In this document: positions 19,542-30,061 of the stretch, in pieces
How positions within the stretch are numbered: the first letter of the stretch is position 1
Layout of the letters: each line of letters starts with the position of its first letter
Sequence record: SRR20825006_787
Strand: one strand, 5' to 3'
Length of the DNA: 58,553 nt
The notes under the pieces: model-generated
Seen by the model: the letters and a program-made list of their open reading frames with translations, nothing else
What the model was told of the DNA's origin: nothing
Database searches by the model: none
Position numbers and translations under genes: made by a program

Positions 19542-20525
19542 ATGTCCACTGATTCGACAACCCTGCCCACAGAAGCGCTCGCCATGATCGCTGGCGCCGG
19601 GCTCAGCCCGGCGCATATCACGCCGCTTCCGGGAGGATACTCCGCCACGCTCTGGCGCGTCGATGACATCGCGCGTGCCCCGACAGCGGTGCTCAAACGC
19701 GCCGCCTCGAGCAGCGCTCGTATCACGGCAGAACGCGCCGCGCTGGACTATATCACGAGACATGCCCCCCGCGAGCTTCGCGAGCACGCTCCGCGCGTGC
19801 TCGCGGCCGATCACTCGCATGAAGTCCGCACGCTGCTGCTCTCCTGGGTCGGTGATGTGACAGCGCCAGCGACCTGCACGTTGGAAGAGGCGCTGGAAGC
19901 TGGGACAGCTTCGCCCGAAGCGCTCGAGCGCTTCGGTGAGACGCTCGCCAGGTTGCACGATCTCGAAATCCCCAGCGGCTCTTCACTCAAGCTCTCGGAT
20001 GATCCTCTCACGCTCCCCGAACGTTTGCGCGCGATGCAGCGGCGCGCCCTGGAGCAGCTCCACAAGCGACGCGCGCGCGAAGAGATCGAGGGCATCGAAC
20101 GGATCCTCGCCGCAGCGAATAACGCCAATGATACGCTCGCTGCGCGCCTCGAAGGCACGAATCATGTCGAAGCTTATCCGGGGAGGTTGATTCACAGGGA
20201 TCTTCGCGCGGCGAACATCATGCTCGCAGAACGCGGCGCGAGGTTTGCCGGGATCATCGACTTCGAGCGCGCCGCCGCGAGCGATCCCGCCTGGGACTTC
20301 GTCAAACTCGATGCGTGGGTCCTGTCGCGCTGGCCAGAGGCCAGCGCGCCGATCCTTTCAGGCTATCGACGCGTTCGCGCGCTGCCCGACCAGGAAAAGA
20401 TCGACACCTTCACCCTGCACGAGGCGCTCACCACGCTCGGGTTCTTCGCAGGACGCCATGAGGGTTACACACGCGAAGCGCTCGAGCGAATCGAGGATCC
20501 TAGCGCTCCGCTCTCCACGCCTTGA
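19542..20525 (+). CDS. Aminoglycoside/choline phosphotransferase (APH-like) family protein
   Basis: LARLH, HRDLRAANIM, IIDFE, DPAWD. Confidence 0.85.
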   Translation: MSTDSTTLPTEALAMIAGAGLSPAHITPLPGGYSATLWRVDDIARAPTAVLKRAASSSARITAERAALDYITRHAPRELREHAPRVLAADHSHEVRTLLLSWVGDVTAPATCTLEEALEAGTASPEALERFGETLARLHDLEIPSGSSLKLSDDPLTLPERLRAMQRRALEQLHKRRAREEIEGIERILAAANNANDTLAARLEGTNHVEAYPGRLIHRDLRAANIMLAERGARFAGIIDFERAAASDPAWDFVKLDAWVLSRWPEASAPILSGYRRVRALPDQEKIDTFTLHEALTTLGFFAGRHEGYTREALERIEDPSAPLSTP

Positions 20526-20787
20526 TCATCTCATCCGAGACATCTCGCCTGTAACACAGCGGAGAGGCGCCTCCCGGTCGGCTGTAGGCGCTCCTTTTTC
20601 CGCAACGGCTACCATTTCTGGCGCGATTATACGGGCACGGGCACGAGCCGCTGTAAGCAGCGATCGACTCGGCGATCAAGATCTTGGCGACCTCATCATC
20701 GCTCGGGCTGGCCTTCTCTTGCGCCGTCGCCACGGATACGCCGCCGAACAAGAAAACCAAGGACAGTAATATCTCGCGCATGGTCAC
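20500..20787 (-). CDS. Small secreted Cys-rich hypothetical protein
   Basis: Signal peptide; CPCPYN..NGSRCGKRSAY..PLCY; GGAGG RBS upstream. Confidence 0.75.
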   Translation of the reverse strand: MTMREILLSLVFLFGGVSVATAQEKASPSDDEVAKILIAESIAAYSGSCPCPYNRARNGSRCGKRSAYSRPGGASPLCYRRDVSDEMIKAWRAER

Positions 20788-20811
20788 ACCTCCTCATGAA
20801 CAATAGACAAG

Positions 20812-20846
20812 AAAAAACAGGCCAGGGCAACCTGCCCTGGCCTGTT
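20812..20846 (-). terminator. Rho-independent terminator after the XPB helicase gene
   Basis: AACAGGCCAGGGCA/TGCCCTGGCCTGTT stem followed by a T6 tract on the minus strand. Confidence 0.75.
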
Positions 20847-20922
20847 CGTCATCGAGTCATCATAGCTCGAAGCAATGTATGTGTAGGCGTTCTCGAGCGA
20901 AGCCTGGCGGCACGACACGAGA

Positions 20923-22626
20923 TCAATCCGCGGCGTTGATCTCGTAGCGATAGCCCTGCTCGGTCAAAAAGAGCTGGCGCTTGTTGGCGTAATCCTGCTC
21001 GGTGGAGTCACGCGTGACGACCGAGTAGAAGTACGCCTCGTTGGCCTCCTTCTTGGGACGCAGGATACGACCGAGCCGTTGCGCCTCTTCCTGACGAGAA
21101 CCAAAGGTCCCAGAGACCTGAATGGCGACGTTGGCGTCAGGGAGATCGACGGCGAAGTTGGCGACCTTGGAGACCACCAACACGGGGACCTCCTTCTTGC
21201 GAAACTTCTCGTAGAGCTCCTCGCGTTTGCTCTGCGGGGTGCGCCCGGTGATGATCGGCGCCTTGGCCAGCTCGCTCAACTCGTCGAGCTGATCCAGGTA
21301 TTGACCGATGATGAGCACCTGATCGTTGACGTGCTCCTCGAGCAAATCCTTGACCACGCCGAGCTTGGCGGGGTTGGTCGCCGCGAGCTTGTGCTTCACG
21401 CGAGGCTCGGCCACCGCATACTCGAGACGCAGGTTATCATCCTTGAAGGGGACGCGGATCTCGGTACACGACGCCGAGGCGATAAACCCCTGCTTCTCGA
21501 GCACACGCCACGGCACGTCGTATTTCTTTGGGCCGATGAGGCTAAAGACCTCTTCCTCGCGGCCATCCTCGCGCACGAGCGTCGCGGTCAACCCCAGGCG
21601 ACGGCGGCTTTGCAGGTTCGCCACCGCGCGGAACACGGGCGCGGGCAACAAGTGGACCTCATCGTAAACGATCAGGCCCCAGTTGCGTTCGTTGAACAGA
21701 TCGAAGTGCACGAAGTCCGAGTTCTTGTTCTTTCGGTAGGTCAGGATCTGGTAGGTCGTGATCGTGACCTCCTTGATCTCCTTCCTGATCCCCGAATACT
21801 CGCCGATCTGATCCTCGGTGATCGTCGTCTTGTCGAGGATCTCGTCGCGCCACTGGCGCAGCGCGGTCACGTTGGTCGTCAAGATAAGCGTGTGCGCGCC
21901 GACAGCATCCATCGAGCCGAGCGCGACGATCGTCTTGCCCGCGCCGCAGGGGAGAACGACCACGCCGCTGCCGCCCTTCACCGTACCTCCAGCCCAGAAG
22001 GCACCGACCGCTTCGCGTTGATACTCGCGGAGGCCAAAGTCGTTGCCCTCGACGGTCTCATCGCGGAGCGAGACCTCGAGCGGATCTCCTGTGGTGTAAC
22101 CTGCGAGATCCTCGACCGGGAAGCCGATCTGGATCAACGCGTGCTTGATCGAACCTCGATCATGGCGGTTGACCTCGACTCGCCCGTTGTAGGGATCGCC
22201 GATGAGGTATTTTTGCACCTTGCGTTGGCGCGTGATCTCGAGCAGGAGCGGGGCATCTTCGGTCTCCAAAAAGAGCGACCCATCATCCTCGGAGATGAGC
22301 TTGAGGCGACCGTAACGCGACATGAAGTCGTCGATATCGATCAACAAGTTCGAGGGGACGGGGTACTTGGAGAAACCGGCGAGCTGCTCCTTGACCTCAT
22401 CTGGAGAGAGGCCCAAGGCGGCCGCGTTCCAGAGGGAGAGCGGTGTGATACGGTAGGTGTGGACGTGTTCTGGGGATTTGACGAGTTCGGCATAAAGCGA
22501 GAGCGAATCTCGAGCGCTCTCGAAGTTGTCATTGGCCGTCTCGAGAAGGACTGTGCGATCTGACTGGACGATCAAGGGATTGGTCGGATCAAACGACATG
22601 TACGCGGACCTCTCGTTGCTGCTCAC
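20923..22626 (-). CDS. XPB/Ssl2-like DNA repair helicase
   Basis: PLIVQSD N-domain, LPCGAGKT, DEVH, TATLVRED, QRLGRILR; start may be 22599. Confidence 0.93.
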   Translation of the reverse strand: MSSNERSAYMSFDPTNPLIVQSDRTVLLETANDNFESARDSLSLYAELVKSPEHVHTYRITPLSLWNAAALGLSPDEVKEQLAGFSKYPVPSNLLIDIDDFMSRYGRLKLISEDDGSLFLETEDAPLLLEITRQRKVQKYLIGDPYNGRVEVNRHDRGSIKHALIQIGFPVEDLAGYTTGDPLEVSLRDETVEGNDFGLREYQREAVGAFWAGGTVKGGSGVVVLPCGAGKTIVALGSMDAVGAHTLILTTNVTALRQWRDEILDKTTITEDQIGEYSGIRKEIKEVTITTYQILTYRKNKNSDFVHFDLFNERNWGLIVYDEVHLLPAPVFRAVANLQSRRRLGLTATLVREDGREEEVFSLIGPKKYDVPWRVLEKQGFIASASCTEIRVPFKDDNLRLEYAVAEPRVKHKLAATNPAKLGVVKDLLEEHVNDQVLIIGQYLDQLDELSELAKAPIITGRTPQSKREELYEKFRKKEVPVLVVSKVANFAVDLPDANVAIQVSGTFGSRQEEAQRLGRILRPKKEANEAYFYSVVTRDSTEQDYANKRQLFLTEQGYRYEINAAD

Positions 22627-22887
22627 GGCGCTCAGGATGCGATCGCACTGATCGATTTCACGCGCGTGTGGGAACTTGCTTCGGGTTACTTTGAAACCGA
22701 ATGCATCAGGCCACCATATCGGGAGCGAGGTGGGCAGAAAAGCAAAGTTTTCGTGTCCTGATTCGAGCGCGCTCGCTCACCGTACTCCCTCGCATGGCAG
22801 GGGTGGCAACATAGACACATTGCTTTTGGTGTCCAGAATTGAACCGTCCTGTTGTCGAACCATCGAACACCAGCGAGGCAGCTATTT

Positions 22888-23757
22888 ATGATCAATCCGC
22901 TGCGAAATATCGAGATCAACCACTACATCCTCCACTCTCCCCGGGTCAAAGAGGCGCTGGAGGGGTTCTCCATCGCGCAGATCTCGGACATCCACCTCGG
23001 GCGTTGGGTCAAGCCCTTCCACCTCGACCAGATCGTGAACCTGGTCAATGGCTGGGGGCCTGATGTCGTCGCCTTGACTGGCGATTACGTAGGATATGAC
23101 AAGCGCGACATCGATCGCTGCGTCGAATCACTGGCGGGGCTCGCGCCTCCGTCCTACGCGGTGCTCGGAAACCACGATCACTGGACCGATGGAGACCGCG
23201 CCAAGGCCGCCTTCAAGCAAACCGACATCCAGCTGCTCACCAACGAAATGGTGCTCCATGGCGAGGATGACAGCGGGATCGAGCTGCTCGAGATCATCGG
23301 TGTGGACGACATGGTGACAAAAAACCATGACGTCGAACGCGCGTTCGCGGACAGCGAGCTCGACCGCTTCGCGCTCGTGCTCAACCACGTCCCCAAGCTC
23401 GCAGAAGATTGCGCCAGGGCTGGCGGTGATCTCATCCTGAGCGGCCACACGCACAACTTCCAGTTCAACATCCCCAGGTTCACCAACCGCCTCGCAGAGA
23501 CCATGGGCGTCGACTACTTCGCTGGTCCCTATCGCATCGATGACGCGTTCCTCTACATCAACCGAGGGCTGGGCTCGGCGAGCTGGCCGTGGCGTATTCG
23601 CGCGCTGCCTGAGCTGACACGCATCGACTTGAAATATGGGGATGTGCCCAGGCTAGAGCTGATCGACACGCAAAACTTTGGCGTCGATCACACCTGGGCG
23701 CGCGCCATCGAGGGGCGCATCGGGCAACGCCTGGCCGAGAGGACGAGGCGCAAATAG
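22888..23757 (+). CDS. Calcineurin-like metallophosphoesterase (YkuE/YaeI type)
   Basis: SDIH, TGD, GNHD, GHTH motifs. Confidence 0.9.
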   Translation: MINPLRNIEINHYILHSPRVKEALEGFSIAQISDIHLGRWVKPFHLDQIVNLVNGWGPDVVALTGDYVGYDKRDIDRCVESLAGLAPPSYAVLGNHDHWTDGDRAKAAFKQTDIQLLTNEMVLHGEDDSGIELLEIIGVDDMVTKNHDVERAFADSELDRFALVLNHVPKLAEDCARAGGDLILSGHTHNFQFNIPRFTNRLAETMGVDYFAGPYRIDDAFLYINRGLGSASWPWRIRALPELTRIDLKYGDVPRLELIDTQNFGVDHTWARAIEGRIGQRLAERTRRK

Positions 23758-23780
23758 CCCGAAACCAGATCAGGTGAGAA

Positions 23781-24242
23781 TCACTCCTCTTCGCCGTCAG
23801 CATCAGCGTCGGCGACGAGCGCGACGGTAAAGGGAGCCGCGGCGCGAGGATCGAGCAGTTTGTCGAGCACCGCGCGAGATTCCACGACCCAGGTCGCGCC
23901 ATCCTCTGTCAGGACGGCATCTTCGGGGATGAACAGGAGCAAGGGGATCACGATCTCGTGATCGGCCATAAGCTCTGTGCCCTGCGCGACCTCGGCGCTC
24001 TCGGTGTAATCGACCCACTTGCCTTCGCGTTGGACCGACCCTCGCATCGAGAGCGCGACGTAATCGATGGTGCGATCCTTCTCCGGGCTGCGCACGCTCA
24101 CGCGCGCCTCGAGCATCTCGCCGGGCGTGACCACGTCTTGCTCGAAGGTCACCGAGACCTCGACGCCCCCTCCTGTGATCGCGTTGATCTTGCTGCTCAA
24201 AAATTGGAGCGTCTCGCTCAGCTTGAACTTCTCTTTGAGCAT
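23781..24242 (-). CDS. Hypothetical protein, possibly SpoOM/arrestin-like beta-sandwich
   Basis: Intact ORF with RBS and beta-rich pattern; family call tentative. Confidence 0.55.
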   Translation of the reverse strand: MLKEKFKLSETLQFLSSKINAITGGGVEVSVTFEQDVVTPGEMLEARVSVRSPEKDRTIDYVALSMRGSVQREGKWVDYTESAEVAQGTELMADHEIVIPLLLFIPEDAVLTEDGATWVVESRAVLDKLLDPRAAAPFTVALVADADADGEEE

Positions 24243-24387
24243 TCCCTTCTCGATGTGTTGGCGTGGTTGCTAGAGTAGTCCTCTCAATCATACTCTCTTC
24301 CCAGGAAGAAACAACCGCTTGAAAGGGCACGACGGAACACATTAGAACTGTGCTTGTTTCGACGGACCGAGCAAGGAGTAGCTCACC

Positions 24388-26274
24388 ATGAAGACCAACC
24401 TCGGCGCGTCCAAGGTCGCCATTATCATCGTCCTGGCGCTGCTATCGCTCGCGGGCGCCTCGGTGGCCTTCTACATCTCGACGAGGACGCCAGACGGCAA
24501 CTCTTCGGAAAAGGGAGAAGGGAGCACCGCGGGAAATGAAGACGCTCTGCTCGACGCGCCACTGCCCGTCTCGTGGTCTGAGCATGAACCGAACGAAACG
24601 ATCGAGGTCGATCTTCAGGCCGATGGCCCGGTGTTGCGCGTGGGATCGCTCGAGTGGTCTCCGACGCCAAAGCTCGAAGGGCTCGAGGAGCTCTCGTGGA
24701 AGATCTCGCGCGAAGGATCACGCACCCAACTCACAGGTCGCGGGCAATGGAACGGCAAACCCGCCATGTTGCGCTGGATCATCGAGGAAAAAGATCCTCA
24801 GATCAGCCTCACCATCGAGCTGACATCTGTCGACATCAGCCAACTCGCCATCCCGATCAAAGCCTCCCTCGCGCTTCCTGAAAGCAGCAGCGGCGAGCTC
24901 TTCCGCGTGCGTTCGGACTTCCAGCGCGACGCCGTGCGCAACAAACGCACGCTCGATGCATGGAGCCCCCAGTGGTTGCAGTGGCGCTCGGATGAACGCA
25001 CGATCTCGTTCACGGGTTGGAACGCGGATCGCCTCCACGTCGACCCGGAGCAGAACGCGCTCGACTTCGCGCTCTGGCACCCCGCGCACCACCCTCCCCT
25101 GTCGAACTGCGGCGACCTCGACGCCGTCACGCTCCGATATCGCCTCGAGGTCACGCTCGGTGACAGGCTAGATCTCGTGACGAGCCGCCTCCCATCAGGT
25201 CATCAGGCCGCGCTCGCGCCGTTGTTTATCTCGGCCAAGGATCACCCCGACTCGACCCTCGCGGAGGGCGCGCCGGCGGACGCGCTGGACTGGTCGGCCA
25301 GAGTTCAAACGCTGCTCTACGGGCACTCGTTCGAAGAGGATCCTCGCTTTGGAAACGGAGGACTGCTCGGCATCGAGCTCGGCGGCGGCGTGGTCGCACC
25401 TGCCGCATGGTACGAGGAGAAGTCCGTCAAATCACTGCGCGAGCGCACCGATGAGACGCGCGCCAGGATCATCCCACGCGGAGAGGTCGAGGGCGCCGCG
25501 ATCTCCATGACACCCGAACTCGGATGCTCCGCGTTCATGAAGAAAAAGGGCGACCGGGTACACCTCGGGCTCGGGACCATGCAACCCTCGAGCGCGGCGA
25601 TCAACGCCCTCCTCCCCTCGACCTCCATGGTGGTCGGTGACGAGCAGGTGCAAACCTCGCTGCCAGGGTTCGTGGATGGTCGCCCCGCGCACCTCGAGCT
25701 CCCGCTGCTCTCTGGCAGCAGGCGCGCGCTCACCGACGTCTACTTCTCCCGCGATAAGCTCAACAAGTTGCTCGCCGAGCGCGGGATCGCATGGTTCGCC
25801 ACGCCGCTTGTCGCCACGCGAAACCCTCTCGTTGGCGCCGCGCGCGAGGCGCTGCTCGAGCCCGAACGCCAGGGACACTGGACGCTCGCGCCAAACCTCA
25901 CGCGCGCGCTCGGCAACGTCGAACTCATCAACGAGGATGGCCGCCTGCTCGTCACACACCCCGGCGAGCTGCTGAATCACTGGCGCGCCACTCGTCGCGT
26001 TCAACTACGCGAGCTCGCCGATGGCTCCTACGCGCTCCTCAACCCTGGAGCAGCCATCTCCGGGTTCACCCTGATCGCTCCTGGTGATGTCACCCCGAGC
26101 ATCGGCGAAGATGGCGCCGCGCCGATCGGCAGAGAAGTCCTCTCGCCGCGCGATGGCGAAACACAGACCTGGTTTTGGTGGGATTTGAAAGAAGGCGTCA
26201 CGCACCTGCGCTTTGGCGCAGGTGACGCATCGGAATCACCGCTTCAACCCGTGCTCTGGAACGTGCAGGAGTGA
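24388..26274 (+). CDS. Hypothetical exported or membrane-anchored protein
   Basis: AAGGAG RBS, N-terminal hydrophobic helix, 628 aa. Confidence 0.75.
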   Translation: MKTNLGASKVAIIIVLALLSLAGASVAFYISTRTPDGNSSEKGEGSTAGNEDALLDAPLPVSWSEHEPNETIEVDLQADGPVLRVGSLEWSPTPKLEGLEELSWKISREGSRTQLTGRGQWNGKPAMLRWIIEEKDPQISLTIELTSVDISQLAIPIKASLALPESSSGELFRVRSDFQRDAVRNKRTLDAWSPQWLQWRSDERTISFTGWNADRLHVDPEQNALDFALWHPAHHPPLSNCGDLDAVTLRYRLEVTLGDRLDLVTSRLPSGHQAALAPLFISAKDHPDSTLAEGAPADALDWSARVQTLLYGHSFEEDPRFGNGGLLGIELGGGVVAPAAWYEEKSVKSLRERTDETRARIIPRGEVEGAAISMTPELGCSAFMKKKGDRVHLGLGTMQPSSAAINALLPSTSMVVGDEQVQTSLPGFVDGRPAHLELPLLSGSRRALTDVYFSRDKLNKLLAERGIAWFATPLVATRNPLVGAAREALLEPERQGHWTLAPNLTRALGNVELINEDGRLLVTHPGELLNHWRATRRVQLRELADGSYALLNPGAAISGFTLIAPGDVTPSIGEDGAAPIGREVLSPRDGETQTWFWWDLKEGVTHLRFGAGDASESPLQPVLWNVQE

Positions 26275-26316
26275 CAGCTCGAGCGCCACGCGCTTCGAGC
26301 GCGCTCACCCGACACA

Positions 26317-27084
26317 TTATTGCATGTTTTCGGGGCATGTGTCCGCGGTCTCTTGCGGCAGGAAGATCGAAAAGGTCACCCCCTCCCCTTCCTTGCTCTC
26401 ACACGAGATCTTACCGCCCATAAGCGCGACGAGGTCTGCTGTTGCATGCAACCAGAGCTCGGAGCCCTGGTCGTGCTCTGACGAATGATCCTGGTCTCGA
26501 GCTCGCTCGAACGCACGGTCGTACATCTCCTGGTCCATTCTCGCGCCAGTGTCCTCGACCTCGATCACGACCGATTTATTGCCGTCGAGGAAAGCTCTGA
26601 GGGTGATGAGCCCCTTTGTGGTGGACCTGGATGCTCTCGAGAGCAGGTCGAGCAAAACCCTACGGAGCTTGTCGCGATCGACAAAGATTGGCTCGAAGGT
26701 CTCGGGGAGCTCGATCTCGACCTTGTTATGCGAGGCGCGATTGCAGGATCGGTGAACCCGCGCGACCTCTCGAAACAAATCCAGGAGCTCGAACCTCGAG
26801 GGACGCACCTCTCGTTGTACCGCTTCGTGCTCGGCGAGGTCGAGGACTTTATCAGTCAACTGCATGAGGCCCATGGCTGCCGTGGAGATCGTCTCGAGAT
26901 CCTCGCACAATTGCTCGTCGTGCTTGTAGCTATCGGTCAACATCTCCGAAAAACTCAAGATCGCCGCGAGCGGAGAGCGAAAGTCGTGCGCGATCTCGAA
27001 CAACAGGCTTCTTCGCGCGCCTTCGAGCATATCATCTGGAGAATGACCGGGGCGTGACACTGACAGATATTTTTCGCCGCTCAT
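26317..27084 (-). CDS. Orphan histidine-kinase-like protein with degenerate ATPase boxes
   Basis: AHDFRSPL H-box; N, G1 and G2 boxes diverged; start uncertain (27084 or 27153). Confidence 0.75.
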   Translation of the reverse strand: MSGEKYLSVSRPGHSPDDMLEGARRSLLFEIAHDFRSPLAAILSFSEMLTDSYKHDEQLCEDLETISTAAMGLMQLTDKVLDLAEHEAVQREVRPSRFELLDLFREVARVHRSCNRASHNKVEIELPETFEPIFVDRDKLRRVLLDLLSRASRSTTKGLITLRAFLDGNKSVVIEVEDTGARMDQEMYDRAFERARDQDHSSEHDQGSELWLHATADLVALMGGKISCESKEGEGVTFSIFLPQETADTCPENMQ

Positions 27085-27283
27085 ACATGTCTCCTTCCCC
27101 CTAGAGGGTCTAACAGTGAGCATCATTTCTCTCTCGAGTTCGGATAACGTCATGCAGGTGCACGGCGTTCGACCGGATAGAGCCCGTATATCTGTCTAGA
27201 GGTCGGTTCGGGGGCACAGGTCACAAAAAAGTGTAACCCGCCCCAAAAAAAGGAAGGATGTGAGGAGTGACTGGCAACAGCGC

Positions 27284-27781
27284 TCAAGCGTCGCGCGCGA
27301 TCCTACCGGTGCGCATCTCCTCTTCGGTGGCAGGTCGCACGCGGCGAATACGCCCCATGAACCGCAGGTCCTTTCCTGCAAAGGGGTGGTTGCCATCGAG
27401 CTTGACGATCGACTCGCCGACATCTGCGACGTGGAAAATCAATGGGGGCGCGATCCCCTCCAAGCCAGGAACCTCCATCTGAACGACCATCCCCGGCTTG
27501 AGGTTTGGGGGGAGTTGATCGCGCTCGACCTTCTGCACGAGCTTCGGATTTCGCTCGCCATACGCCTTCTCGCTCGAGACATCGAACTCGAAGCGATCAT
27601 CGGCATTTAATCCTTCGATCCCCTCCTCGAAACCTCGGGGCATCTGCTTTCGTCCCTGGATAAAGGCGTAGTGCTCCTTGGACCAACGGTCGTCGAGCAC
27701 CTCGTCATTTTCGAGCGAGACGACCACAAACGTCAGCACGACGACCATGCCGTCAGCGACCTGCGTGGATTCTTGATCCAT
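27284..27781 (-). CDS. slyD: SlyD-like FKBP peptidyl-prolyl isomerase
   Basis: AYGERNP, LDGNHPFAGKDLRF, VRPATEEE. Confidence 0.85.
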   Translation of the reverse strand: MDQESTQVADGMVVVLTFVVVSLENDEVLDDRWSKEHYAFIQGRKQMPRGFEEGIEGLNADDRFEFDVSSEKAYGERNPKLVQKVERDQLPPNLKPGMVVQMEVPGLEGIAPPLIFHVADVGESIVKLDGNHPFAGKDLRFMGRIRRVRPATEEEMRTGRIARDA

Positions 27782-27784
27782 GAT

Positions 27785-28759
27785 TTACTCCTCTTCTGCT
27801 GACACATTCTGATCTTGTGGGAGCAACCGCTCCCCGAGCTCTTCTTCGAGGATCAATCGAGCGCGCGCATCACACCGCCCGATCAGCGCGCGCTCCCTGG
27901 CCTCATCGAGGCACTCTCTGGCGCGCTCCTGATTCTGCTCGCCGCCAATGCGTCGGAACAACCTGGCCTGCTCGACGAGCAACTCTGGCGCGCGACCCGG
28001 GACGCGCACATCCAGGTGTGGCCGGATCTCTTCGAACTCTCTGGCGGCCTCTTCGAGCTGTTCTGTGTCGGCGCCCTCATCGCGAAGCACCCGCAGGATT
28101 TCGACAAAACGCGCGCGACGGCTCGTGGGGTCGGCCCACTCGGCTTCCTTGAGGAGCTGTTTACACTCGGCCTCCTTGCGAGAGCGCAGCTCGACCTCGG
28201 CGAGGCAGGCGAGGAGGGCGGCGCGCTCGACGCGGGGCTTGAAGAGCTCTCGGCCAAGCTCGAATGCCTCCCTGGCGCGGATCAAATCATCGTGGCGCAG
28301 GCAATACTCCATCCGCCAACGCAACAACTCGAGGTGCTCGGGTGCGCGCTCGGGGAAGTGAGACTCCTGATCCTCTGGCCAGAGGATCGGCTCGAGTTCC
28401 TCGGGCGTGGCGACCTCACGCATCATCGCCTGCACGAGCACCACGCGTTGGATCAACGCCTCTCGGCGGCCTCTGAGCCAGAAGTTGTAAACGATGCGAG
28501 GCTCGCACCATTCGCGGACGAGCCCTGTGGCGCCATCGTCGAGCATCCACCGACCGAGTTGAACGCGCGTAAAGAAGTAGACACCACAGATCAAGAGCGG
28601 GATATAGAGGAAGAGCAACACGCGCGGGACGAAGACCTTTGACCAGAGCTCGAATCCAGGAACGAACACGAGCCCGAAGCCCACGAAGTAGGCCGTCGAG
28701 GTCAAGATCGTGAGGATGCCCAAAACCTGGACCCCTGTGCGTTTGAGCGCTGGACTCAC
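27785..28759 (-). CDS. Hypothetical membrane protein with helical (TPR-like) C-terminus
   Basis: Two N-terminal TM segments; abuts slyD. Confidence 0.7.
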   Translation of the reverse strand: MSPALKRTGVQVLGILTILTSTAYFVGFGLVFVPGFELWSKVFVPRVLLFLYIPLLICGVYFFTRVQLGRWMLDDGATGLVREWCEPRIVYNFWLRGRREALIQRVVLVQAMMREVATPEELEPILWPEDQESHFPERAPEHLELLRWRMEYCLRHDDLIRAREAFELGRELFKPRVERAALLACLAEVELRSRKEAECKQLLKEAEWADPTSRRARFVEILRVLRDEGADTEQLEEAAREFEEIRPHLDVRVPGRAPELLVEQARLFRRIGGEQNQERARECLDEARERALIGRCDARARLILEEELGERLLPQDQNVSAEEE

Positions 28760-28825
28760 ACTTGCTCCTGTGATTTGCTCACACTATTGCCCCGGAACCG
28801 TTCCCCTCGAGACTGGAATCTGAAC

Positions 28826-30061
28826 ATGAGCTCTCCAGAACCAAATGACGCGCTCATCACCTTCTCCGAGATCGAGGATGCGCGTGACCGCATCCGCAAT
28901 GCGCTCCGGGTGACTCCTTGCACCCACAGCGAGCTCCTGAGCGCACAATCGGGAAGCAAGGTTTACCTCAAATTCGAAAACCATCACATCACAGGTTCAT
29001 TCAAAGAACGCGGTGCATGTAACAAGCTGATGACGCTGACGCCAGAAGAGCGCCAACGCGGCATCATCGCATCGAGCGCTGGCAACCACGCGCAAGCGGT
29101 CGCCTATCATGGCTCGAGGTTGGGGATATCGACCAAGATCGTCATGCCCGAAGGAACCCCACTGGTCAAGATCACCCGCACCCGCAAGTTCGGCGCCGAG
29201 GTCGTCCTCCACGGGAGCGACTACGACGCAGCTTATCGCAAAGCATGCGAAATCGAAGAGGAGGAAGGACGCGTCTTCGCGCACCCCTTCAACGATCGCG
29301 CTGTGATCGCAGGTCAGGGGACGATCGGCCTCGAGCTGCTCGAGCAAAACCCTTACCTCGACGCTGTCGTCGTCGCCATCGGCGGCGGCGGGCTGATCTC
29401 TGGCATCGCCTGCGCGATCAAGGAGACCAACCCGAAGATCCGCGTCATCGGCGTCGAACCCGAGGTGCTAACCTCGATGAAGACCGCCGTCGAAAAACAA
29501 CAACCGGTCGAGATGCCCGAGGCAAACACGCTGGCTGATGGCGTCGCGGTGCGAAAGGTCGGAGACCTGACGCTGGCCAACGTCTCTCACTACGTCGACG
29601 ACATCGTGACCGTCAGCGAGGAGCAGATCGCCAACGCGATCTTGACGCTGCTCGAGCAGGAAAAGACCGTCGCCGAGGGCGCTGGCGCGGCCGCGGTCGC
29701 CGCCATCACCGAGGATCGCATCCCCGGGCTCAAGGGCAAGAAGGTGTGTCCGATCATCTGCGGCGGAAACATCGACGTCAACGTCATCGCGCGCATCATC
29801 GAGCGCGGCCTCGTCGCCGCCGGTCGCCTCTGGCGCGTGGAGGTGATCATCACCGATACGCCAGGTTCATTGGCGGCAGTGCTCGGACTGGTCGGGGAGC
29901 TCCGCGCGAACGTGCTCGAGGTCTACCACAACCGCACGTTCACCTCCGGGAAGTCATTCGGCACGACCCACATCGAGCTCAAGCTCGAGACGCGCGGCGA
30001 GGATCATATCGCCGAGATCAGAAAGCGCCTGATCAAGAAGGGCTATCAGCTCGTGGAGTGA
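28826..30061 (+). CDS. ilvA: Threonine ammonia-lyase (ACT-domain type)
   Basis: GSFKERGA PLP lysine, SAGNHAQ, GGGGL, C-terminal ACT (DTPGSL). Confidence 0.93.
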   Translation: MSSPEPNDALITFSEIEDARDRIRNALRVTPCTHSELLSAQSGSKVYLKFENHHITGSFKERGACNKLMTLTPEERQRGIIASSAGNHAQAVAYHGSRLGISTKIVMPEGTPLVKITRTRKFGAEVVLHGSDYDAAYRKACEIEEEEGRVFAHPFNDRAVIAGQGTIGLELLEQNPYLDAVVVAIGGGGLISGIACAIKETNPKIRVIGVEPEVLTSMKTAVEKQQPVEMPEANTLADGVAVRKVGDLTLANVSHYVDDIVTVSEEQIANAILTLLEQEKTVAEGAGAAAVAAITEDRIPGLKGKKVCPIICGGNIDVNVIARIIERGLVAAGRLWRVEVIITDTPGSLAAVLGLVGELRANVLEVYHNRTFTSGKSFGTTHIELKLETRGEDHIAEIRKRLIKKGYQLVE

